64,000 nt of DNA from assembly GCF_006345805.1 (NCBI RefSeq), contig NC_043000.1, positions 107,136,001 to 107,200,000 on the forward strand, given 5' to 3'. This stretch comes from Octopus sinensis. Taxonomy: Eukaryota. Position numbers and translations under genes: made by a program. Positions within the stretch are counted from its first letter, which is position 1. Every line of letters starts with the position of its first letter. Under the pieces are notes generated by a model. That model was not told the origin of the DNA. It was given only the letters and a program-made list of their open reading frames with translations, and searched no databases. Shown here one piece after another: positions 1 to 12,157 of this stretch.

Positions 1-966
1 TGGGAATAGAAACTCTCTTACTGGTGAGAAATGATTCCTTTAAGAGAGATTAGTGATTATCAGCTTCCAAATAATTACAAGAAAATAAATGACATGTAGA
101 AACAGAAGGTTAAGTGATTCCACAATTTGATGTAACTTCCAATCAACATTTAATGACATGTCTTTTTAGACAGTGAGTATTTGATAGACAACTAGGTGTA
201 CTCCAGGTTCAAGCAGCAGCAAGTCATTAAACAGTTTTAGAATGGACCAAGGCCCCAACTAAGTATCACTGTACTGGAATAGTGCAGTGACTAAGGCTAT
301 AAGGCAATACAACAGAAATGAAAAGAAATGTAATAATCAGGAAGGATATCAGAAAGTTAGACAAGATTATATAACTTAAGTACATTCAACCAGGCAAGAA
401 GCTGAAAGGAAGGAGATTGCTAATGTTCTGCACCATGAGGGTGAGTGGTATGGAGAGTTCCAGATTAAAAGGCAGTGAGTTCATGCAAGCAGGATGTTAC
501 TAACACAATTCTCCTCAGTAACAATAAAAAGGTGGATGCATGAAAATATTTAAGATTGCTTAATAAAAACAAACTATGAGTGGGATAGTGAGAATCTATC
601 TCAAAATGAACAGAAGAAAACAAATATTGAGATTAGTTTCAGCATAGAGTAGCAATTTAGGATATAATTGGGAAGGGTCTAAGAAAATGGTAAGTCTATA
701 ATAGATAGTTGTTGATATCTTGAAGCATCAGGCTACAAAAAACTATAACAGTTAAAGCAAAGTTAGCACAGCTAAAGTTATATGAAGCCAGTGACATTAC
801 TTTAAGAGTTTTATTTTTATGTGGTACAAATACTTTTTGAATAATTGACAATACATAGAGTAATATTTTGAAAGAAAATGATTAAGATGGTCGTGAGAAG
901 GAAGAATTAGAGAAAAATCAGAGCATAAAGAACAAAACATAAATTAAAAGAATAGCATTAAAAATT

Positions 967-1293
967 AAGGTGTTTGTAAGCCATTTAAGAAACACACAAA
1001 AGCCGTTCGATTCACTTCAACATTTAAGTTTAATTTGTCAAAATATTTTCGGCACTTTAAGACCGCAACCTGTTCACTTACAAAAATCCATAGCACGGAT
1101 TTTTGTCAGTGAACAGGTCGTAGTCTTAAAGCGACGAAAATATTTTGACAAATTAAACTTAAATGTTGAAGTGAATCGAACGGCTTTTGTGTGTTTCTTA
1201 AATGGCTTACAAACACCTTCCACGCTGCAATTGTTTTCGTTTCAGCAGACGATCTCAGATCAAATCACTTGCTATGCAAGTACATCTCCGTAA
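967..1293. mobile_element. Foldback MITE with 123-bp inverted arms; left outer TIR missing
   Basis: 967-1089 versus 1097-1219 show 6 mismatches in 123 bp; a related single arm lies at 57874-58070. Confidence 0.85.
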
Positions 1294-2051
1294 CATTAAA
1301 AATTAATTTTATCTATATATAACACTTTCACTTCAGTCACACTACAGTAACCAATAACAGTGCCTGATGGGTAACACCACACCTCTGTATAGCTGAAGTT
1401 ATGGTGACAAGTGTAGCAAAGATTCATATACTTCATGCAAACATTAAAATTAAAGACAAAATAAAATACGTAACATAGGATGATGACAATGAGCCAATGA
1501 AATAACCTGTATGTGGTCATTCAGCTTGCAAAAAAATAGCAGACAAAATTTCCCTCAAAATCACAGCATAGAGTCTTAAGGACACATTTCATAATGTAGT
1601 TCTTGGTAAGAGTGAATTCTAGACTTGTGGCTATTTAGTAACAAGTCTAAAATTCTAGCAACATGTTGCTATCTAGCAACAGGTCAGTCCTGATCAAGCA
1701 GGCCTATGATCAAAAGATGCTAAAGCCGCAAGCATCCTATTTTATCCAGACATAGTACTTCCTAGAATATATCCAATGTCTTTTTTTTCCTAATATGAAA
1801 GGGTGAGATTCAACTGCTATTTCTTGAAGGCCATGCTACTACATTGGTTCTTGAATTCTACAGTAGGAGGCAATAGTATTTATAATCAATAACTGTTATA
1901 ATTAATTAAAGGCAATACTGGTAATGAGTATGACTACCAATGAGGAAAAATGTAACCTTTCTAAAAGGGCAGAACAGAAGACAATGTAATTATAATAATG
2001 ACAGCGGTAATGATGAAAGCAAGGGTGACTTCTAAAGCCCGCAAAACTTAC

Positions 2052-2134
2052 CTTTGAGAATTATAAGAAAATATCACAATTTCAAGACAACAAGCAAATA
2101 GTGATCTTTGAAAAATATCGTGTTCCAGAACAAC
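2052..2134 (-). CDS. RBL1: RBL coding exon 12 ([28 protein letters not shown])
   Basis: ttttag acceptor, GTAAGT donor, 83 nt; the next exon (expected TFPW-like motif) was not found in 1-2051. Confidence 0.95.
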
Positions 2135-5100
2135 CTAAAACATATTTAAAAAAAAATAAATAAAAATTAAAAAAACGAAGCAAAAGAGACAAAACAAAAA
2201 GAAGCAATGAAATATAATGAAACAGAAGAAATCAGAAGTTTTCAACAACTAGGCACTGCAACAAAACAAGCAAAAAATATAATTAAATTTAAAAAAAGCG
2301 GTTCTCTACCCCACTTGCCAAAATTCTTATTATCAATGTTGCATCAATAAACATTATATTAGAAGCAATGGTATAAATCTTTCATATACTAAGGCAAATT
2401 ACAAGATTAGCCAAAAAGTCACAAAGTGTAAAAGTGCAATTGGTGTACCAGCAGAAGCCATCAAATTATGCCACAGATTGCGGTATGCATCAGACTTCAT
2501 GACTATTGGCCCATTCTGCATTTAATTGGTGGCTGTGGTGATGGTGGTGGAGGTAATAAATAAGAGTATGAGGAATTTTGATGTGGAACTGACTGCTATT
2601 GCACACACCAGCCATCACGTACAAACCTATGACCAGCACCAGAGACTGCAGTTCAAATGCTGAGAACACAATGACTGGTGAACTGAGATGAAGCAGAACA
2701 TTAAAATGACTTCTCCAAACCCACAGGAAGAGTTAATTACAGCTTTTTAACCCTTTTGTTACCATATTTCGTTTGAAAAACAAGAGCTTTGTTTGAAATT
2801 AATTTCGAAAATAATGAAGAATTTAATAACATAAGTTAGTTATTAACCCTTTAACTGCATAACTAAATTTCATGGTTATTCCAGTAATGATGTTAACCCT
2901 TTAGTGTTTAAACCGGCTGTATCCGGCCCAAATATTCTACACATTTTTTGCTCAAACTGGTCAGAACATGCATCTCACACCTACCCTGCAATGTCACTCC
3001 AAAAATAAGCAATTACATCTTTCCTATCTTGAAGGTACAAAATAATATCAGATAATTTTTTTTAAATGTGAATAAATAAGGATTACTTTTGACAAATTAA
3101 TCTGAACGCTAAAGGGTTAAATATCTACCGAAACTAGTATTGGTACTTTCTGCAAGTCTTGCTGCCTCAATAAACTTGACATATTTTGACAAAATATAAC
3201 TTCAAACATGACATTCCTCAACAAAAGATAAATTGCTATATGAAACTACTTTCTTCCATTAAGAGTAATGAAAATTTGAGTGGATATGTCTGATTTCTGA
3301 AGTAAAAGAGTGTTTGGAGCACAAATTAATATGAAATTTTAATGAAACTTTTAATCTTGATCGCTTTAAAACAGAATCTTTGTATCATAGAATCCAGAGT
3401 GGTTACAAGGGATTTGGTATAGAAAGAGTAACGATTTGTTCTCCTGCAATCTTCTTCTTATGGACAATATCATTTGCACTCCAGGTTTGCCCATAACCCT
3501 TTTAACTTTATGGGTTTTAGTTCCCTTTTTCAGACAAAATTATACATTTGTAATTAGAAATATCAACTAGCTAAACCAGCCACACACTTCAAACATGCCC
3601 ACATTCATATATAAACATATACATACATACACACAGAGACACACTCACAAACACACAGCTAAGCACATATACATGCATGCATGCAGACATGCACAAATAA
3701 ATGAATCTTTAAAAGAATTTGATTAATTTCAATATTTTGAAATCTTTCAGAAACAAACCAAACACAAGAAAAAAAAAAAGGAAAAATAACCAAAATATTC
3801 AGACAAAAAAAAAAGAAACCAAATAGAAACATTTTACAAAAATATTAAAAAAAAAAAAAAAAAACAGAATTACTGTGAGATCTTTGTTGCCGTCTTTAGC
3901 TGAAAACCTCTTCTTCTCGTCCACAGCAATACTTTCTAGAGTTTTAAAGTACAGACTTTCTGCTAATTGCAAACGGTTACGTGCAAAGTCACTGTGTGCT
4001 CCAGGATGGTCGGAAGGCTGTAAAAGACCAAAAGACAACATTAGGTATAAGTTTGGGGGCTTTTTTTTTGGAATAAAAAAAAAGAAAAAATGATTCTATT
4101 TGAATGAGTGAAGAGTAAATTTAAGTGATACTCAGTTATAATACCACCTAATAAAATAAGTACCAGCTGGACACTGGGGATTGATATAATCAACTTAGCC
4201 CCTCCCCCAAAACTATTGTCCTTGTGCCAAAATTTGAAACCAAGTGGTGTTCAGTTATGTTGTTTTTGTTTTTGTCTTTGTTTTGTTTTATGTGCTGATT
4301 TGAAATTCTACACAGATCAGCTTTTCACTTCACCTGATAAAATGATTACTGATTTTCAATGTTACCAACTACATCCTAGAAGATAGTGCTCCATCAAGGT
4401 CTCAGTATAATCAATAAAATAAGCAACAAATTCAATGTTATGAACTTTATCCTAGAAGGTAGTGCCCTGCTAAGGCCTCAATTAAATGACTGAAATCACT
4501 ACTGTTAGTGTTTCATCACTGTTTTATACTACACTAAGCAGCCAAGGGATATATCTTCCCAAAATTAAGATAGTATTCTATCAGTGATCATTTATACAAA
4601 CCAAGGACTGCTTCTTATTTCTGTTACATAAATAAATATATAGGTGCAGGAGTGGCTGTGTGGTAAGTAGCTTGCTTACCAACCACATGGTTCCGGGTTC
4701 AGTCCCACTGCGTGGCACCTTGGGCTGACTGAAGCCTTGTGAGTGAATTTGGTAGATGGAAACTGAAAGAAGCCCGTCGTATATATGTATAGATATGTAT
4801 GTATGTATGCATGTGTATATGTTTGTGTATCTGTGTTTGTCCCCCCCAACATTGCTTGACAACTGATGCTGGTGTGTTTACAACCCCGTAACTTAGCAGT
4901 TCGGCAAAAGAGACCGATAGAATAAGTACTAGGCTTACAAAGAATAACTCCTGGGGTCGATTTGCTCGACTAAGGGCGATGCTCCAGCATGGCCACAGTC
5001 AAATGACTGAAACAAGTAGAAGAGTAAACTGAAGTCCATAGAATTAAAGTGGATACAAAATCCTCTTCGATGCATTTATCATAATCTTGATTTCCTGTCC

Positions 5101-8100
5101 ACTTTTATATAATGGTATGAGTTATGAAACTCACTATGGGCAAATGCTGTTCCTGTTGTCAACAGACAGCTGAATAGCCAAATAGTTGTGCATAAAAATA
5201 TCAATTATGTTGATCATAACCACAAAAACAGAAAATAGTGCTACATTGTATTTTATGTGTACGTGTGTCTGTGTATGTATGTATGAGTGAGGGTGCGTGG
5301 CTTAGTGGTTAGGGCATTCGGCTCATGATCTTAAGGTTGTGAGTTCGATTCCCGGCGACGCGTTGTGTCCTTGAGCAAGACACTTTATTTCACGTTGCTC
5401 CAGTCCACTCAGCTGGCAAAAATGAGTTGTACTTGTATTTCAAAGGGTCAGCCTTGTCACTCTCTGTGTCACGCTGATTATCCCCGAGAACTACGTTAAG
5501 GGTACACGTGTCTGTGGAATGCTCAGCCATTTGCACATTAATCTCACGAGCAAGCTGTTCCGTTGATCGTATCAGCTGGGACCCTCATCGTCGTAACCGG
5601 CAGAGTCTTTTTTTTTTAATGTATGTATGTATGTATGTGTGCACACGTGCACGCAACATATTTGGCCATGAAAGTTAACCTTCTAAAATGTAACATAACC
5701 ATCTCTCAAATAGTACCTGAGTAATTTAAATATTAGAACTTGGCAACATTTGGATAAGACAAGAACTTTCCACAGAAAGATGAAACTAGCTGTCAGATCT
5801 CGGAAGTGAGTTTCTAAGTAGAGTTTGTAATTTTATTTTATTTCTTTACAGATAACAATTTAACTTTGAAGATACACACAAGCTTAACTATTTCGTTAGC
5901 ATATTTCTAAACAAAAGACATTGTATATGCTTCTGAATTGAATTTGAAAATAATCAAGAATTAGTAAAAACAAGTTCTTCATGACAGGAAGAGAGCAAGC
6001 ATTCATGTTTTGGGACATATTTGTATTCTGTTGAAAATTACCAATTGTTTAGAACTTTTGTAAATCATTAAAAATGAAAAGTATAATTAATGAAACTTTA
6101 ACAATGGTAAAAGTCCAAACTCTAAGGAAATTTAGAAACATTCTGTATCATAAAAAACAGTGGTAATAACATCCAAAAGAGTTCCTAGTAGTCCATATAT
6201 AAAATTTCTCCTTATGAAGCTGATGGTTGGAATATAACAAAAAAAGTTCTTTAAGAAAATAATTTTTTTGTTTAACCCTTTTAGTTATCATATTTCTGTT
6301 GGTGTACACTAACATTATGTCAATTAATTTTGAAAAAAATGAAGAATTTTGTAAAATAAATATGTTATTTTAAGCTTGAGTTTGGAACATAAATTAACAT
6401 GGACGGTTTTAATTCAGATCATTTTAAATTGGAAGTTAATATCATAGATCCAGGGGTGGTCCCATGCAGGTTGGTATCAAAAGTGTTAAAACCTGAATAC
6501 TTAAAAACAAAGACTTTGTGTCTTAGAACCGTAAGTGCTCTAAAGTGTGTTCAAAACACATAATGAAATATCTAGAATTTTTTTTTCCAATTTAACCCTT
6601 TCGTTACCAACCCGGCTGAAACCGGCTCTGGCTCTGAGTATAAATATCTTGTTTTCATAAGTTTTGAATTAAAATTTTCCACCAAACCTTAGTAATAATT
6701 CATGTTTCTAACACTAGCTTAATGATAACTAAGTTATTTTACTAAATTCTTTGTTATATTTAAAGTAATTGAAAGAAACATAGAGCATCCCAAAATAAAT
6801 ACAGTAACGAAGGGTTAATTATTCAAAGATACATTTCAAAGCAGAACAGCCTATGTTGACTATGAAATAAAAATCAAAAAAAAGAAAAAATTAAATAATT
6901 CTCACTTGAATGAAATTTGTACAAAATATCTCTCCCATTTCTTTCACTCGATTCATGATTGCTTTATAAGGATTCCTAGAACACTCCCTGAAAATATTTT
7001 AAAGGAAGCGAAAAGAAGACAGTACGAATTAATAAAAGAAGACCCATTCTTTTCTGTTGTGGTTGAAACAAGGAAAAAAAAAAATAATTGAAGATTTCAA
7101 AATTTAAAACTCAAAGATTAAATACAATTAAATTTTTGAATGATGCAGATATTTCACTCACAATTAGGTCACACAAGATTTTTTAAATGTTTTAAAATAA
7201 ACCGTCAAACATTGGGACTGAACCCAAAACCATGTGGTTGGGAAGCAAACTTTTTACCACACAGCCATGCCTGTACCTATACAACTGTTACACAAAGAAC
7301 TATTAAATTCAAAATATTTCTGAAATAATATCTTTTGGTGAAAACTATAAAAAATTAACTTATGTACATTTTGTTTACATACACTGAATTGTATAAAATA
7401 TAAACATATAAAATATGAAATATAAACACAAACAAATAAATTAACACACTATCACCATCATCATCCTTTAACATCCACCTTCCACGGGTTGGACAGTTCG
7501 ACAGGCTCTAACAAGTCAGAGGACTGCACCAAGCTTTAGTGTCTGCTTTGGTATGGCTTCTAGGGCTAGATGCCCTTCCTAATGCCAACAACTTTACAGA
7601 GTGTACTGGATGCTATTTTTGTACACCAATACTAGTGAAGTCACCAAATGGCTCACAAGACAAAATGCCCCCTCGACTGAGTGAGAATGTAAAAAAGAGG
7701 GAGGTGACTTTATGCTAAGTGTTGAGAGGTTAAAGTATGATAGAGAAACAAGTGCCTTACTATTGAGAAAATATGTGACTATTCTGCACATAGATATACA
7801 AGGCAGTGCTGAAAAGTTNNNNNNNNNNNNNNNNNNNNNNNNNNNNNNNNNNNNNNNNNNNNNNNNNNNNNNNNNNNNNNNNNNNNNNNNNNNNNNNNNN
7901 NNNNNNNNNNNNNNNNNNACAAGTGGTTGGCATCTGGAAGGGTATCAAGCTGTAAAAACCATGCCAAAACTGTCCTCGCCTGTGCTGGTGCCACGTAAAA
8001 AGCATTCAGTCCACTCTGCTGAGTGGTTGGTGTTAGGAAGGGAATCTAATCGTAAAAAACCATGCCAAAACAGACACAGTAGCCTGCTGTAGTCTTCTAC

Positions 8101-11100
8101 CTGGCCAGCTCCTGTCAAACCATCCAATCCATGCCAGCATGGAAGATGGACATTAAATGATAGTGATTCAATCAATCAAATTTATTACATTATTTAATAT
8201 ATCTGTTTCCAGTTATTTTTTCTTTGTTTTTTTCTTAATGAAAATCATTACTTGTCAAGAGTAAGGGAAAGAAAGAAATCAAACATACTCAAATATTGCT
8301 ATAAGGCCTTCACTTGGTGAGGTCTTCCGGCCAGACAACAGAGCTTGCAACCGACTAACACTCTGAGTAGCAGTTGATATAGGCGTGATGTTGGGATCTT
8401 TCTCTTTCAGATAGCGCCGCCCTGTCAAAGGGGTTGGTGGTGCAAGACTTCGTGTCTGCAGAAGAAAAAATAATGAATTTAACAAGAGAGAACAGTAACT
8501 AGAAATGATAATAAATAAGATGAAACATCAAATCAAAACCAGTTTAGCCAATGAGCTAATAATACAATCACTGACAAATAACATTTATCCCACATAAAAC
8601 AAGGGAGCTTCTACACCAGTGTTTCTTGACCATTTTGTACCTATGGGCCCTTTGATTCCTATTTTACTTGGGTGGACCCTCTTAGCCATTTGATCTTTTA
8701 AAAAATCCCATTATATTTTTGGAACTTAATATTTTTAAGAATAGCATTAAAAAAATTGTCAAGATATTTGGTGTATTGAAGAAGTATATGCAATTTATTG
8801 CACATAAATTTTAATAAAACAAATCTTATATGGATTGAGAACTACTGTTTTACACAGTCAATCAATCTGCTAGAATAGCAGCTAAATCTCAAATCACATC
8901 CTAGAAACCTCAAAAAAAAAATGGGACAGTCAAGGCTAGAATGCTTTTGATCATAGGCTTGTGCAATCATGATTAACACAAGGCTAAGCAACACCCTATC
9001 ATTCATCAGTCAGTAAGAGCACTTGAACATAATCCAACAACCTGCTTAATATGAAACCAATGAGAGCCTATACATGGCTGCTAAACCACCAGAAATAGCA
9101 ACCAAGTCAGCCTCAAATTACATACTAATTATCTTCATCATTTTCTCACACTCATTTTTCCATTCTTGCATGGATTGAATAGTTCTTTTCCATCATAGAA
9201 TTTCACTACTTGCTACTATCCTTTACCATCTCGTTAGTGAAATTCAGTGTCCTGAGATCAGCCCTCACCACTTCTTTTGATGACTTCCTCTACTGCAGGT
9301 CTTTCTATTTGGAAGATTTTGCTGGTACTTATATAACTAACTGTTAACATCTATGCACATCATGTCTGTCACAGCATATTCTTTCTTGGATACTAGAGTT
9401 GATTCCTCTTGTACCCAGTTTTTCTCTCAGTTCATTTGTGCTCCATCATCTGCTCACACTAACATCACACATGCAGCATTATTTCTTTCCAGCCTTTCAC
9501 ATCTTCCATGTATAATATTTGCATTGTATTACAATGCAATATTACACTTCATCAATAAGCATCATACTTTTTGTTCTTTGCTTTGAAGAAGAGAACCATT
9601 TGTGTGTTGCAGGTAGATATAATAGCTCTCTGAACTTTACCCACCCCATTCTTACTCTGGCTGCTATGCTTTCAGAAAACTCACCTTTATTGCTAATTAG
9701 GTTACCCAAGAGAGTAGAAGCTATCAACTAATACTCGAGAGCTTTCTGGGTAACTGAAGGAATTAATTTCATTAGACCTCTTACTGCTAACTACTCCTGT
9801 GCATCCACTAAATACAAAGTCCTTTGTGATTTTTCTGCACCTCTTGTGTACTATTGGTTTTACAGTAGGTAAACTGTATGGAATCCATAACTATTCTGTT
9901 TACACATGCTGTGCATGGTCATTCCTCAGATGACAGTAGTCCTTCTTCCTAACTAAACATTTCTTATTTAAGGCCTGTTTATTCTAAGCTTTGCCTCCAC
10001 ATTTGGTATTTCTTTAATTCTTCAACAGAATCAGTCATGAAGTGTTGGTCATTAGTATACAGAAGATCCTATAGTCAGCTGGTCTTAAACACTTTTGTAA
10101 GGCCTGAGAAACTGTAATAAACTGGAGAGGGTCAAGAGGGAACCTACTTGCATCCTAAATTTCTTACTGAACTCATTACAAACATTGACCAACTGAATAG
10201 CAACCACCAAACTACAGAGCACAGCACCCTGTCGGACTTGCTCCTTGACTTGCTACACAACACCCTGTAGTGACTTGCTCTCAGCTTGTCTCCTGAGAAA
10301 GAGAGACAAGTGGTATCCTGCCTTAGCACAAACCCATACCTTAAGTACTAAGGCTATCACTTAACTAGTTTTTCATACAGTAGTCACCCTTGGGAAATTT
10401 TCCAATGCTAAAATAGCAGTCTGATGTTCTATGCCCATAGAGTTTAGTATAACATGCACAATCATTACACAATCCTCTTTCCAAACTATGTTGTTCTAAT
10501 GCCAACTTCCAGTCATAAAGTTGCTACAAGTTACTTATACATTCCTTGTTACCACCTTTCTACAGAAATACAATGCCTTTGCTTCAATTAATACTTAAAA
10601 TAAATAAGAATTTAGCAAGATAACTTTGTCGTTGTTACTAAGCTGGTGTTTGGAACATAAATGAGCATGATAAAATTTAGACAGAAGGTTTTGACTTACA
10701 CAATTTTAAAGTAAGAGTATATATCATAGAATCAGGAGCTGTTCCAGCAGGCTGGTATCAAACGATTTAAATTAGCCTCATTCTCTTCTGAGTTTACATT
10801 TTTATTATCTCTCTCATTTTGTCATTTTATTCTTTTAATTATCTATATTCTGAACCCATTCTCATGTTACATGGTTTTCTAATTTAAGGTTTCAACCATT
10901 CATTGCTTCATTAAGCAGCAACGAATGGTTCATAACATAGCTTTTTCTTTTGATTTTGTGAGGATTGGTGTTAGATATCCTTCCAAAAATAGATTCCATG
11001 ATGCAAGAATCAATGAATCTAGTATCCCTCCAAAAATAGATTCCATAATGATGCAAGAATCAATGATTCTAGCTTTAACAAAACATCAGTCATAATCAAT

Positions 11101-11966
11101 AATCATTCAATCACTCAAAAAGTTGTCATTCAAATCCCATAAATAAATAATTCTTATAAACACTCACTTCATCCAAATGTTGGTGAATACTTCGATCCAT
11201 TGGAATTCCATCTGAAAAATCCGATTGATTTCTAGGAGTTCCAATCTCTTCAGTGGCGTAATTTTCCAAGAATATCGTTTCATCAAAATCTCCTACTCTT
11301 AAGACATATTCCCCATAAGCACGGTTGATTGCTTTACTGTAATGAAAGTAGAAAACTCACTGAAACGACCTTTCTTAAATTGGAAAAAAAAAAAGATGGG
11401 GGGGGGGGGCTTATTAAGAGATGAAATTATGTCATTTTTAAAAAATTAAATCTGGAAACAAGAAATCTTCCCTAGTATTGCAAAATATATTTTCAACTGA
11501 ACAAATTATATATTTAGAAATACAAATGCTTTCCTTCCATGTAACAGCATCTCACACCCACACCCTTACTTTCTTTTTACCCCCACACTGGAGCCCATTC
11601 CCAATCCTTACTTCAGTGGCTCACCCCCACCACAGACATACACCAACATCTCATACCTCACAAACCTACTTCACTATACTTTTGCCCTTGCAGACCTCTA
11701 CACACATACACATATTTCACAAAAACTAGACACACACATGCTCACTAATACCCAACCTTATACCCATCTCAAAATTTCGGACAAATCCTATATATGCAAC
11801 ACACCCCCTGATATTCTCAACTCCCAACAAGATTTCACATTCTCATATCTTCTTAACCACTTTCACTCTTTCTCATACACTTCCTATGCTATTCTTCTGA
11901 TGAAGGACTAACATCTCAAATGTTAAGGCTCTCTTTTCTCTTTCTTTTAAACATTAAAATAAGCTA

Positions 11967-12010
<44 letters not shown>

Positions 12011-12117
12011 TACATACAGCTAGGGAATACAAAAAGGGACAACAAAACATCCAGATAGACGATACAAAGAAGAAAACAAGGACGGGTCATTCGAAGTTTT
12101 CTTTCCTCAGTCAAGCA

Positions 12118-12157
<40 letters not shown>

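Noticed and set aside
1296-1520. Candidate RBL exon 13
   Set aside because: No frame gives the expected FPW/FYKVIE motif; the next exon lies outside the window
3661-3695. Clustered TGCATG (RBFOX) motifs downstream of exon 11
   Set aside because: Readily produced by decay of (TACA)n/(CATG) microsatellites, which are abundant across the window
4642-4720. tRNA-like A/B boxes here and in other SINE heads as tRNA genes
   Set aside because: No complete cloverleaf; each continues into a SINE body
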